Program-made: the position numbers and the translations under genes
Notes under the pieces: generated by a model
Told to the model about the DNA's origin: nothing
The model's database searches: none
What the model saw: the letters and a program-made list of their open reading frames with translations, nothing else
Assembly: GCF_006345805.1 (NCBI RefSeq)
Contig: NC_043011.1
Span: 13,404,464-13,468,463 of the forward strand
From: Octopus sinensis
Lineage: Eukaryota
DNA length: 64,000 nt
Direction of reading: 5' to 3'
In this document: positions 1-13,794 of the stretch, piece after piece
How the letters are laid out: each line of letters starts with the position of its first letter
How positions within the stretch are numbered: position 1 is the first letter of the stretch

Positions 1-231
1 ATACGGGACTACGGAAACGATATCACTCGCCACAACTGTATAGGGTTTTTCTTTTCTTTTTCTGTTATGACGAGGCATTACCGTTTTTCGGAAGGTGGTT
101 CCCAGAATTCGTGGATCACAATAATTTAACTTAGCATTACTTTCGCAACCAAGCTGTACATAAAATTCGCTGTGGACCTCTGGTGGTTCATGTATTGTCG
201 GTGGCTGTTATGGGTATTATGTATGTATTTC

Positions 232-383
232 TTTACTGCCCACAAGGGGCTAAACATAGAGGGGACAAACAAGGACAGACGAAGGGATTGGGTCGATTAT
301 ATCGCCTCCCCCAGTGCGAAACTGGTACTTTATTCATCGACCCCGAAAGGATGAAAGGCAAAGTTGACCTCGGCGGAATTTGT
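232..383 (-). mobile_element. SINE family A, partial
   Basis: Matches 63123-63265. Confidence 0.8.
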
Positions 384-696
384 GGCGTTCCCATTGCTGT
401 GGAACCATAACAGTTATTTAAAATTGTCTTTGTTTACATTTCTAGCTGTTATTGGAATATATGGCACTTGTTTTGGAGAATTTGCCTACTTCCTCGTCAG
501 ACCATTGTGTTTGCTAGTTCATTTCAAGACAGTGACAATATTCTAAAGTTACTGTGTCCTCTCCCCTAATTTAGACATTTTTTTATGACCAAACTGTGGA
601 TTTACAAACTCATTTTGATAAAACATGACGAATCAAAACTATTAACTCTCAGTTAGTAGTTTTCTTTGGTCTTCTGATACAATAAGACAAGTTAGA

Positions 697-1102
697 GATC
701 TTTTCGGTTTGAACGGCAGTTTTTTAAAATAATTTCCACGTAACTAAACACTTTTAAATTTCGTATACTGGTAGAATGTGTTTATAAAACATACTTTTTC
801 TCTTGGCTTTATTGAGAAGATTCTATAGTTTGTAAGATATTTGTTGTTTTTTTTCTCTTCAATTTCTGCAATTTCAAACAATCAATGACGTCTATTGAGG
901 TGAAAACATTCTGTGCCGTATGAATATGTCCCTCGTTTAAGAAACATATTGGGTTTATTTACGTTTCTGGAGAAAAAGAGATACCCTTCCCCCAACCCTA
1001 AAACAGATTGAAATGCAATAGATCGATACTAGAGTCATAATTATGGGTGACAATTTCATATGACACCGCTTGAAAAAACTGCCATTCCAACCGAAAAGAT
1101 CC
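697..1102. mobile_element. About 410-bp TIR element, copy 1
   Basis: TIR GATCTTTTCGGTTTGAACGGCAGTTTTT mirrored at the right end; near-identical copies at 52864 and 54169. Confidence 0.8.
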
Positions 1103-2526
1103 CAAGTTAGTGATCCGAATTCGACTTGTACAAGCAAACTTGCACGATGATGAACATCGCGAATATTTGTTTTCGAGCAATTATTTTACAACTGAATCTA
1201 TTTTGTACCACTTATGGAATGAATGTGACAAATGAACAATATCTATTTTATAGTGGTACTGGTGGCTCAAATAGTACTTGTTCCTCTGGGCATAATTGCT
1301 ATAACTGTTTGAACTTGTGACAGTTTTTAAAGAATACTTATTGCATTTGCCTTTTACATTTCTTGCTATTTCAGATGAATTTCTAAATATTTTAAAATCC
1401 TTTATATTGTGATAATGTCACTTTAGATGTAGATAGTATGCAAATTTCATAAGTAACATTTTGGAAAGTTACCCATTCTTAGAAAAACCTTGAATGCTGT
1501 AAAGTTGTTGCTGAAGACACTGAACAAGAATTTAGCTAATTTTAGCACTGCTAATATCACCACATTCTCTTGCTGTATAACATGCAATAACTATTTTTGA
1601 TTTTTGTAACAAATACAAATACTTTAAAAGACTAATTCGCATATGATTAGACTGTTAAATATAAGAAAGGAATTCTGTTTGCTTGTCATTTTTTTCCCGG
1701 TATTATTTAGCAAAATTCAACTCTGCTTACCTCAGTTTGCTTAATTCAAATAGACATCAGTCTATGAAAAGCTAACCTTTCATAGACTACTGGCTATTAA
1801 TCTTTAGCTAAATGCTTTGGAAAATTTGAAAGGATTAACTCCCCTATAATTATTACCATGCATTATTATTATTAATTGACATTGTGGTAATATAAACTTA
1901 GCTCTTGTTTGTAGTATTTCTCTCTTTTACTAACTACAATAGTATTTTAAATTCAAAAAAATGCTGATGCAATTTGATTTTAAAATTCTAGCATGAGTAA
2001 GAATTGATAGGGGTTTAGTTGTTAGGCCAAAGATGTTGGGTGGCTACTGTACAAAGACACATTTGTGTGGAAAGAAAAGATACAAAACAAAGGATTTACA
2101 GGTGATGTTTGATTCAGTATATGGAGAAAACGTCAGAAAAGGCAGCGAGGAAGTAGGTGCAGTGGGGCAATTTTTGCGAAGATGAACTCTAGCTGGTATG
2201 TTCAGAAGTAAAAGTTTTACAATAGGTGCAGAGGAAAGCCTAGAAGTGAGATTCTGAACATAGGAGTGCAGAGATCACGTGTATGACTTCTCAGTATCCT
2301 TTTAGATATTAATATGAGTGTAATAATTTAGATATGGGAGTGGTATTTTATAGGGAACTTCTGTACTCTAGAGAAAATTAGAAGTTAGTTCAGACCAAAT
2401 TCTTAGTTTCGAATGAAAAATTATATCAAAATAAATTTAGATGTAGTTTTGGTGATTCAGTTTTTTAGGTGAAGTCAGTGGAGAAAATCCTTGCAAGTAA
2501 AATTGTGAATTTTTTTTTTTTTTTAA

Positions 2527-2915
2527 AGGTACAGTAGTGGCTGTGTGTGGTAAGTAGCTTGCTTACCAACCACATGGTTCTGGATTCAGTCCCACTGTGT
2601 GGCACCTTGGGCAAGTGTCTTCTATAGCCTTGGGCCGACCAAAGCCTTGTGAGTGGATTTGGTAGACGGAAACTGAAAGAAGCCCGTCGTATATATGTAT
2701 ATATAAGTGTTTGTGTGTCTGTGTTTGTCCCCTCCAACATCGCTTGACAACCGATGGTGGTGTGTTTTCGTCCCCGTAACTTAGCGGTTCGGCAAACAAG
2801 ACCGATAGAATAAGTACAAGGCTTACAAAGAATAAGTCCTGGGGGTCGATTTCCTCAACTAAAGGCAGTGCTCTAGCATGGCCACAGTCAAATGACTGAA
2901 ACCAATAAAGGAGTA
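2527..2915 (+). mobile_element. SINE family B (tRNA-like head, internal CA/TA microsatellite)
   Basis: Box A TGGCTGTGTGG and box B GGTTC...CC-like motifs, CCTTGGGCAAG core; five more copies in the window. Confidence 0.85.
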
Positions 2916-5312
2916 ATGTTTGTTCTGGTGGCATAAGTCTGGTTGAATAAGCTATCAAGCAAGACTTGATATCTTTGTTAGAACTAAGTTTATAGGAAAT
3001 TTGACTCTATTAGTATTGAATCCACCCTGCCCAGTTAGTAAATATTTTGTTATCCTTGAAACTTATTTAAAATACATCCCCTACTGGATACAGAACAACC
3101 CCACCAAATTAGCATTTTCTGTATATACATGGTTATGTATATATGGTTCCAGCAAGGGAATGCAAGCAGAGAAACCATACCAATAATAGAATGTATGAGT
3201 GAGATGTTGTTCTCTTCGCCTGTTTTGCAGTGCAGTCGGTAACCAATTTCTTCATAACCCCTTGGCCGACTTGTACTGGCATCAAATGCAATGTGAGCCC
3301 CGCCTGGCACCTGTGCAGGTGGCACGTAAAAAGCACCCACTACACTCATGGAGTGGTTGGCGTTAGGAAGGGCATCCAGCTGTAGAAACATTGCCAAATT
3401 AGACTGGAGCCTGGTGCAGCCTTCTGGCTTCCCAGAACCCCGGTCGAACCGTCCAACCCATGCTAGCATGGAGAACGGACGTTAAACGACGATGATGATG
3501 ATGATGACATCCACACATTAGGTGCAGACTTGGCTGTGGTTAAAAGTTCACATTACATCTGATTTCAAATTCAGTTCCATTGTGTGACACTTTGAACAAG
3601 TGTCTTCTATAAAAAAATTTGTGTGAATGGATTTGGTAGATGGAAACTCAAAGAAGCCCATTATTAGTGTATTTCTAGTGTATATATTTAGTGTGTGTGC
3701 CATGTTAAAAGCACCCAGCATATTGTAAAGTAGTTGGTGTTAGAAAAGGCATCCAATCATAGGAACACAGCCAAATAGGACTGAAACCTGGTGCTGCTTT
3801 CTGGCTTGCCAACTTTGGTCAAACTGTCCAACCCATACCAGCATGGAGAGCAGATGTTAAAGGATGAGATACATATGTATGTATACATGTGTATGTATAC
3901 ATATGTATATAATTTTAAACAATTTGGTTTAATCCCATGCAACTTAGTTTCATAGGTTCATTACAGGAACCTAGCTTGTTGGGCTCAGGTGGGTGAATGG
4001 AGAGATATAGAAAGTTCAAGATAGCTACTGGAAACTGGGCAGCTATTGGTCAAGGTAGATCAAATGGTGTCATAGGAAATATTGAAATTTGAGCAGCATC
4101 AAATCCATTGAAATAGATTCCAAACTAGAATTTCTTGGACCATGTGGCTGAACAGGAAGGTGGTGGCATCTCACTGTCTGGTTAGTATGCAAAGGAATCT
4201 AAGTGATACCAAATCATTTTTCTTTATTAGTCTGGGATGATGTAGAAAGACTTGAATTTAAAGGGTGCTAAGTTATGCCCACTTCATAAAAATATATTTT
4301 TGTGGTAATCAAGTTTTTTATGGAATGTGATTATATGGCAGCTGCTAAGGAGCATATAGTTGATGATTTTGATTAGAATGTGCTAATTATGAGGCCTACT
4401 GTTCAAAATTAATACCTGAGATGTTATTTAACCATGAGCTGAGCAATACCAAAAATGCAAGATATATATTAACAAAGGAGTGGTACCATAAAAGCATGTG
4501 GAAAGTTGATCAGTGAGCATATCTGAAGTAGCTGGTGATATTTAGTGAGACATCAGAATGCGTGCTTGAGGAGAAAGCAGAGCTTTTGGCTTGTGCTCTG
4601 ATGTACTGATTCTTTTCATTTCCTGTGAACCACTGATAATTTATACTGTTTTCTTTTAATATACAATACTTAATGCTGTCATCACTAGCACTTTAGGTTT
4701 ACTGTTGCTTAGTGATGTAGCCACTAAACTGCTCGTTCTTAGATTAGTTTGCTTTATAAATGTATCTCAAGGTACTGCACTACAATTGCAGCAAGGTATT
4801 GTGTCACTTGCCAAGACATAACTTGCATTTTGTTGTATCAACATAGAAATAAGTTCCAGTTTGTAACACTTTCATAATCATTAGATATAAGTGTTGAGGT
4901 TTCATTCAAGAATTCTTCCAGAAGTCAGTATTTTCACTTGGATTGATAACCACAAAAATAAAATAAAATTTATACAACTGTTGTATACCTAAAAGCTGTT
5001 CTTCATCTTCATTCAGTTGGGATCATTTAGTTGCATGGCACCTTCATCACTTGTACCAAAGATGCAAATGAAATGCCTGTTCCAAATCTGTGTGTTAAGA
5101 AGCTTGCTTCTGAATTGTGTAGTTTTGTGTTGAGTCCAACAGTGCTGTACCTTGGGCAAGTGTCTTCTACTTCCAGGCCTTGTGGGTGGATTTGGTAAGC
5201 AGAAACTGAAAGAAGCTCATTGTATAATACGTGTATCCTTGATGTTTATTAGTTGTAAACAAGCACCACCCTCATATGAGCAATGTTGTTTGTTTCAAGT
5301 CTTTCAAAAATA

Positions 5313-6173
5313 CAGGGTACAGTGAATATTTTGTCTAAATTACACAAAGATGAAAATAACACTGACATCTCATTTTAACAGAAATATTTACCAAAATTAC
5401 ATATCTTGAAATACTAAAGAGTAAATTTATTCAATAAAATTTGTCTTCAGCTTCAGCCATGGCCTCCGGACAACTTCAGAATCTCCTGTTCTGGATGGTC
5501 TCCTTGTTTAAGTTGGTGAATGCTGCCATAATCCTTGCCTTCAGTTCACCTTTGGTGTTACGAGGAGTTTTGTTGGTCTCTTGCTCAGCTGTGCCCTACG
5601 CATAATAATCAAGGGGGTTGCAGTCTGGGGAGTTAGGTGGCCAGTTGTTAAGGGTGATGTGGTAGCAGAAATTTTTGACAGCCATAACTGGGTTCTCCTG
5701 CTTGTGTGGCATGGTGCAGAGTCCTGTTGCCAGACATAGGGTCTTCCAGCAGCCACCCTCTTGATCCAGGGCAGCAGTACCTCTTTTAGGCACTTGATGT
5801 AGGTCTGTGTTGAGTGTGAGGCCATGTGGGAAGATGAATGGAGGCATAACATCAACAACACTAGTGATCATTGCAAATACCATGATGTTGACTGGATGTT
5901 CGATTTTTATCATTTTCGATGTTTTGGGGACATGGCAAGCCAATGGTTGTTCTGTGTGTTCACTATCTGTTCATATTGGACCTTTTGGTATGAATACTGA
6001 GCAGTACCATGTCGTTTTCAAATTTCTGGCAGTGCATTGCATCATGGTGCTGTTCTCACAGATGGTGCCCAACTACACAGTATAGTAATACTGTGTAGTT
6101 GACAAAATCAAAAACAATGCACATGTGCCAAATTAAAAATATAAAAAGGTGATAATCGGCCCATTACACCCTG
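5313..6173 (-). mobile_element. Internally deleted Tc1/mariner-superfamily transposon, maT (DD37D) type
   Basis: Frameshifted ORFs give WQQDSAPCH...WPPNSPDCNPLDYY, with 37 residues between the second and third Asp after restoring a 1-nt deletion; ends TA-CAGGGT and ACCCTG-TA. Confidence 0.85.
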
Positions 6174-9023
6174 TATGTGTGGTCATAGGGAAATAAGTTT
6201 CTTAGAAACAGGTGAGGGTTGGCAGTAGAAAGGGCATCTGGCTAAGAGAAACTTCCTCAGTGAATTTGTCTGATACATGCAAGCATAGAGAAATGAATGT
6301 TAAAATGATGATAATGCATACATTGTGTGTGGACAAAATACATTATACAAAATGTAATAATTCTCTTCTCAACAAACTGTGCTAGTAATACAGGATAATT
6401 ATAAAAACAAGACAACTAATCCTATTCAGCTGACTGCCGAGAAAAGAACAAGGTACAGAGTACTCTGCATAACGGATCAAGTTACCTAGGAATAATGAGA
6501 TTAGAAAAGTATTTTAGGTAAGTGAAGAGCTTAGATGTGCAACCAGAAATATCAGTAGTAAATACTTAAATGAGAAAAGATATTAAACGTGGTAAAAAAA
6601 AAACTGGGTGGAAAACCAGAACCATGGATGTGAAGGTAATATATCATGCAGTCATGGCAGGAAAGGATGGCCTTAGTGATGACCACTTTATTTTTTTTTA
6701 TGTCTTTCAACTATCTTCTCATCATATCATCATCATCATCATTTAACGTCCGTTCTCCATGCTAGCATGGGTTGGACGGTTCAACTGGGGTCTGGGAAGC
6801 CCGAAGGCTGCACCAGGCCAGTCAGATCTGGCAGTGTTTCTACAGCTGGATGCCCTTCCTAACACCAACCACCCTGTGAGTGTAGTGGGTGCTTTTTACG
6901 TACCACCAACACAGGTGCCAGACGAGGCTGGCGAACGGCCATGCTCGGATGGTTCTTTTACATGCCACCGCATCTGATGCTTCTTAGGTCCAACTTTTCT
7001 CTCAAGGTACTTACACTCTGATGTAATTTGAGTTGAGTACAATGATAGATGTACCTTATACCAATGTTGCATCATCAGAGTTCTGAGTTCATCAGGAGTT
7101 GCAGCACCACTGTCCTGCTTCAGGGTCTTGATCATGGTTTTGGAGGAGGAAAACAGAAGCTCCAATCATGGCTGCACAAAAACCATGCGTTATGAATTTC
7201 ATACTCAATGTGTTGATAAATGGTTCAAATTTCAATGCACAATCTAGATAACAATACTTTATCTTGATGTTTAATTGATGATGGCAAGTATACACTTGTC
7301 ACCACCTAATGCATCTGTGTAATTGTGACAAATGTGACACTGGTTATAAATCGTAATCAGCAAGTGGCAATGGTGGTGATTATTCAATCTGCTTCATGCA
7401 ACAGCCAGTCATTGAATTCGTCTGTGTACTTCGTCAGTGTCAGCAATGACACTGGGCAATCCTGTAACCAGAATCTGTCTATTTTAATCAAGTCTGCTAT
7501 TGAGCCAAATTTCTTAATTTTCACAAATCCATTTACTTTTCAATAATCCACACCAAATGTTTAACTTATTGCTATTGTCTGGCCTTCATTTGATCATAGG
7601 TTAGTTACAGTAATAACGATATAATTGTCTTTAGCTGTTGGCTGTGCAGCACACTGCTAGTAATTTTTCTTTTCTCTCTTCTTTCAGTGCTAGATGTAGG
7701 GCAGAATAGTATGAGATTAATCTGATTGTCTTTCCATTAATGAAGGATTTTCATGCCATGCTTTTTGAATTCCTTGTTCAAATAAAGGACTCTGCAAAAT
7801 TGTTTTCACATGATGTAATTTTAGTTTCATAATTTTACACTTAATTTTTCCATGCTTATGTGGGTCGGTTATAGGTCACCATCTTCTGTTTTAACATCTA
7901 CATCTCCATGCTCACATGGATAGGATGGAATTTTGCTGAGGTGAATTTTCTATACTGTCAGTTGTTCTTCCTGTTGCCAACGCTCTCTTGTTTTCAAGCA
8001 AGATAATACTTTCCCATGACCAGGCATGTTTTTCATGGAAGATTGGAAACTGACATCACTTGTATGAGGGTGACACTAATTTGCCACTGTCACATAGTGC
8101 CAAGGCAAGGAGACAGTAAAACAAACACGCATGCACGCATGCTTCCTCTCTCTCTCTTTCTCTCTCTCTCTCAGCTTCTTTCAGTTCCTGTCTACCTGGG
8201 GTTAAAAAAAGCAACTTGCCCACAACTGAATCTGAAGATATATAGTTGGGAACCAAACTTTTTACCATACACCTATGGCTGTGCCTAGATATAATTGTTC
8301 GTTTTGTTTTTTTGAGTAGTCCAGCAATGGTGAAGTTTTATGGACCATTCTCAATATTTCATTACTTATTGACAGTGTAATGTATGGAAATTCTGAAAAC
8401 AAATCTATGATAATATAAACCACATTTTATCATTAAATGGTTTGGTCCACTATAGTTAATAGTATTCATTGCCATGGTGCAGAATTTTTTTTTTTTTTAA
8501 CCATTCTTTGTCATATCAGCAACATAACATGACTATTGCATCTATTTTTTTTTCCTCGGCAGCAGCATCTGCAACTCATTTGTTTCAATTAAACCATGCT
8601 CAAATACCCTTCATACAACTCAATTGAATTTTTATTTTGTAAAATTTTTGGAATAATTACCCATGAAAATTGAACTGCAGATTAATAAATTCCTGTGTAA
8701 TGACGTCACATTTTATTCAATTTTTCTCTTTGATGTTTATCATCAGTATTTAGCTTTTTGTCCTATCATTTAATGAATTAATAAAAAGCCATATTGATAT
8801 CAGATTTCAAGGCTAAATCAGTTTTTTCTCGCATTCTATTGACTTTTAACAATTTAATGTTTTGACTCTAGATAGACTGATTATGATTTACATCAAACTT
8901 GTAGTCAGGACCAGTCAGCAGTCTTGAGGATGCCAAATGTTGCAATCATTGAGATCTCTTATGTACTGGTTGATCTTTATTTGAGAATGTTTATTAGGGA
9001 TTTCTTTAATGATTAATTCAAAG

Positions 9024-9515
9024 TAATTAGAAATATTGAATTTCTAAATGTTTCAGAGAGACATGAGCGGTGGTGGAGCGATAGAGTGGTTGTATAAAGT
9101 CAACATAACGTGACAGTCCCGTAAAGGGAATTATACCACCACTATTTAGCCCTAGGAAGCATTGACGCTTTCTGTCGGCTTTGACACATTTCCTGTGTCC
9201 TTATATTCGTAAAGGGGAGGCAAGCACCCCCACCAGCTAGAACTAGCAACCTGAAGACATGCATGTTTCTGGGTCTTGCCCGTCATCAGTCCAGGGTAGC
9301 AAGTCCTGCTAGTTGAGATACCTGCCAGAAACATGCATGTCTTCAGGCTGCTAGTCCTAGCTGGTGGGGGTGCTTGCCCCCCCTTTGCAAATATAAGGAC
9401 ACAGGAAATGTGTCAAAGCCGACAGGAAGCGTTGATGCTTCCTAGGGCTAAATAGCGATGGTGTAATTCCCTTTACAGGACTGTCACGTTATGTTGACAG
9501 TATACAGCCACTCTA
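9024..9515. mobile_element. Foldback element with two 191-bp inverted arms
   Basis: 9082-9272 is the near-perfect reverse complement of 9325-9515, 52-nt spacer. Confidence 0.85.
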
Positions 9516-10129
9516 ACTCAAAGTAACTATAGAAGAATTGATTAAATTTATATAATCCTTCTATTTGTGAATATCGCCATGCATGTACATCCAATGTTTT
9601 AGATGAGTGTGCCAATGTACATTTAACTCTTTATTCATCTAACAGCCCCACTCTAAACACCAACTGCTGACACATCTCTTGTGCTAAAATTTCATTTCAC
9701 TTATTGTTTCAGTGCTAAGTTACTTTCCATTAAATTACAAAACAATACACTAACTATTCTGTTGAAATGATTGCCAATACTTAATATGCATTTTTGGAAT
9801 TGGTAATTTTTTTTTACCAAATGTACTAATATAACTAAAATGATTAACCTTGTGCAAAAAGTTGAATTTTTCTTTGATACTGTAAACCATAATGTTTTTA
9901 ACTGATTATTCTTTATTCATCACTAAAATGATATCTGGGTGATATTGTCATCGTGATGATATTGCCCAGACATGCCTGACAATGATTCATTCTAAACAAG
10001 ATTTGATTAACAAGATATGCACTAGGAATTCCAAATGACATTTTGTACTTATAAAGCCCAATAAGTTTATGTATCATCAGTAATTTTTAATTTTTCTGTA
10101 AAATTGGGATTTTTTACTGTACCATTTAT

Positions 10130-10320
10130 GGAATAGTCAGACACATCTAGGCATTGGGTGGCTATCTTCTTCAGCCTGTTTGATAGTGAGCTTAAAATGG
10201 AACAGATGTGAACTCTGCCATTTGGTTTCCAAATAGTGACAGATGGCACAGCCCTAATTCTGTGATTAATTGGTTCTAATGTGCCGTTCACTACTTTACG
10301 ATCCAACTCTTTTACCAATT
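10130..10320 (-). mobile_element. Decayed Ty3/Gypsy RT N-terminal fragment
   Basis: VKELDRKVVNGTLEPI...AVPSVTIWKPNGRVHIC resembles the gypsy motif ELDRL...IEPV...APIVVVKKPNGKVRIC; a further piece KLDIRKAFYQIP at about 25720-25800. Confidence 0.5.
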
Positions 10321-11061
10321 TGGTTTTAAAAATGTTGGTGAAATGACCTTTTGATAAATCAGTTTTTCACCGAGGTGTCTATATTTTTTGGCCAGTGTTT
10401 TTAAAGTAAAGGGCCAGTTTTTTTTCAGTGGCTGAAAATACTTTGGAATAATTAACACATAAAGCGATTTAAAAAAATTAATTTTAATATTTAAGCCTTT
10501 AGTGTTTGCATTATTCTGCCCAAATTAATGCTTTTCATCCACATTGTTTTGAACTAATCATACATTATCTTGTAGCTATGAGATTTTGATGAGGTAGCTA
10601 TTAATTTTTAAAACAATATTGTAGGGTTGGTCTGAGAGACCAGATCTGGCCAGTTTGAACATAGAACAGGCAGAATACTTATGGCTGGTTTAATTGCTAA
10701 TGGGTTAAATCTTAAATTATCAACATTTATTAACCATATCCGTATTCCAGAGCACAGGTGTCACTGACATTTTAAATGCTTTCATTCAATTCCTTCAAAA
10801 TAGATTTGAAACCTTTTCACAATGGCTTCTAAATTTTGTGGTTGGTTATTTACAATTTGACAGTCTTTTTTTTTTCTTTTTTTTCTTTTTAGAATGCCTT
10901 TATTGCAATTAGCATTTAATTTTTTCAAAATCTATTCTAATGGTGAAGATCAGATTATTTTATATCTTTTCAAATCTAAAGTTTTAGTGGTACCAGCAAT
11001 GAATTTAATCAATGTATTATCGATTTATACATGTAGATAAGTTTTAATTTCTTCAAACAAA

Positions 11062-12354
11062 TCTGTATATATAAAAGGCAGGATGTGTGTACATGAATGT
11101 AGTTTATGCAAATCCACAAATTAGCACACCTGTCGCTCAAATTTTAGGAGGACCTTTGTCATAATCCTAGCTGTATTTTCGTCAAGTTATTTTTCCCCAA
11201 GGCACCAGTGAATGGTGGTAAAAATAACTTCTAACAAATTTCAAGCCAGAGAAATACACCATTTGCAAATATGAGTTAAGTCCCCTTCTAGCAATGAGAG
11301 ATTTTTTTTTTTGTCTTGTTAGTGACTGAGAGGCAAAAACACAGATTGGGGTTTTGTGTGAACGAACATGTATGCGTACAAAACACAGGTATGCAGTGTG
11401 TGCTGCCCGAGACACGCTTTTTCGCAAACAATCAACTATTATTTTGTAAACAATGTTTCGAAACTGTTTGTGTTTTCAAAAGGAGAGATCTGACTCTTAC
11501 ATTTCTGTGGGTGAAGGTAGGTCTCTCTATTCCTCTTACAAAACTTACGTCTTGGTGCCAAATTTGCTTGGTATTACTTGGTAGGGGGGTGGGGCAGGGG
11601 CAAGGGCGTACAAAAAAACGTATGCAATAGGCGTATGTACGTATATGTTTGTGTGTTGCCCATATATATATATATATTTAGTTGTGATCTGAACATAACC
11701 GCTTCTCACACAGAGGATCGGGGGGACCTTTTGGGCATTCTATTTTCCTTGCTGGAAGGGTTCCCAACCCATGGGCAAAGTGGGGTTACATGATGGGGGT
11801 GGTGTTTTCAAAAGGGTTGGCATATGGAACCTGATCACCTCTGCCGATCAAACTCCCAACCCATGTGCTCCCGTCGCGACACTGATTCTGCAGAGCTGGG
11901 TTGGGTATGAAAACCAACTTTAAAGTATAAATATTGATGTTTTTGAATCAGCAATGTTGTGTTCGGTTAAGTCCTATTTGGAGTGAAAAATCAATAACCT
12001 GATTCCTTATTGGGTTTTCTATTTAATCGGGATAAAAAGAAAATTGATAAACTGATTCTTTATAGCAGTTTTGATATATTTTGTTCAAACTTGATGCCAG
12101 CATTACTTAGGGCTCATGGGATCTTTGAATGCTCCAAGTTCTCAAAAAACGAAAAAAAAAAAATCGATAAACCGATTCCTTATGGGATCTCCCAATCTAA
12201 TTGTCAGCAGCTCATTTTCAGCTGAAAGTTTACCAATTTCAATGGATTTCGCTCAAATTTGACGTTGTTGTTACTTAGTTTGGTTTGAAATAAAGAGCTT
12301 GATTAGTTTAATAATCCTAACTTAATCTCGAGCAAAGCTGGGCTATACTGCTAG
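11062..12354 (+). mobile_element. Probable non-autonomous Helitron
   Basis: Begins TC(TGTATATATAAAA) after an A, ends CTAG before a T, with a degenerate subterminal hairpin (ctcgagcaaagctggg); internal repeats of AAAATCGATAAACCGATTCCTTAT. Confidence 0.6.
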
Positions 12355-12500
12355 TCTTTAATATACATTGTCATCTTTAATATTTAATTCATATTCCCAC
12401 CTAGTTGAATACAATTTCCCCCCCCCCCAGTTTTAGCAAATTTGAAATTACTATGATTGACATTTGCTAATTTTTTTCATGTGGATTACATTTTTCAAGG

Positions 12501-12546
<46 letters not shown>

Positions 12547-12806
12547 CTTGTATAACATTTTAGTCTTCCATTGGTTATGTGAAAGCACTATTTGGTGTAG
12601 CAACATCAGAATAAAATTGGATGTGACAATGTTTTGAGAGTAATTTGTCCAGAGGTTAGCATTCACACTTTGAGTATGATAGCCAGCAAAAAAAAAAGTA
12701 TAGTACTGATGCATACAAGTTTGTCTATTCTTTATGAAATGGGATGTTGGTGGAGTTCATTTAGCAGTACTGCATTTATAGATATACACATGACAAATTG
12801 GGTGGG

Positions 12807-13286
12807 ACTCACTCTCACTTACTCACCCTCGCTCACTCGCTCGGCCACACACTCACCTGCTTGCCCACACACTCTCACTCACTCGCTCGGCCACTCACTC
12901 GCTCGCCCACTCACTCGCTCACCCACTCACTCGCTCGCCCACTCACTCGCTCACCCACACGCTCTCTCGCCCACTCGCTCTCTCGCCCACACGCTCTCTC
13001 GCCCACACGCTCTCTCGCCCACACGCTCTCTCGCCCACACGCTCTCTCGCCCACACGCTCTCTCGCCCACACGCTCTCTCGCCCACACGCTCTCTCGCCC
13101 ACACGCTCTCTCGCCCACACGCTCGCTCGCTTGCTCTCACTCACTCACTCGCTCACCCACACTCGCTCACCCACACTCGCTCACTCACTCGCTCACCCAC
13201 ACTCGCTCACTCACTCGCTCACCCACACTCGCTCACTCGCTCACCCACACTCGCTCACTCACTCACTCACCCACACTCGCTCACCC
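12807..13286. repeat. C-rich compound tetranucleotide repeat with a 16-bp minisatellite core
   Basis: CACT/CGCT/CCCA 4-mers; core unit GCTCTCTCGCCCACAC tandem from about 12960 to 13120. Confidence 0.95.
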
Positions 13287-13794
13287 AGTGGATCAGCTCC
13301 CTTAATGCTACCAGTATGGAAATTTAGTGAATTAGAGATGAATAGGCAAACTTAAATATTGGCTTTTCTGTTTTTTCCGACTTCCATAGGCTTAGACAAA
13401 AGTGAGAAACACTTTGTTCCCTTTATTGATTCTAACGCTTATTTCTCACAACTTTTATTTCAGTGTTTAATGGGTAGTGCCTGTTGTAAAGGTCTAACTG
13501 CAGTTAAGGTGCATCTATTTTACTTGATGTTTTGTTTAACAGATTAAAAAATAACCTCAACATTTTAACCCTTTCATTGCAAATTGCTTTTTCAAAAGCA
13601 TAATGACTGTAACATTCTAGGAAATGGTCTCTAAAGAAACAAGAAATACTAACATTGCATGTTTTGATTTTGATGCTAGATGTCACATTGTTTTATCATT
13701 TGTAAAAGGTTAAATAATCTATTAAAATTTCACAATATGAGTGATAGTTGCACAGATAGCAAAGAATTGCGTTATATGTTTGGTAAAATAGTTG

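Noticed and set aside
12634-13355. Long ORFs of 223 and 185 aa
   Set aside because: They are translations of the 4-/16-bp tandem repeat (SPTRSLAHTL...), open only because the repeat lacks stops.
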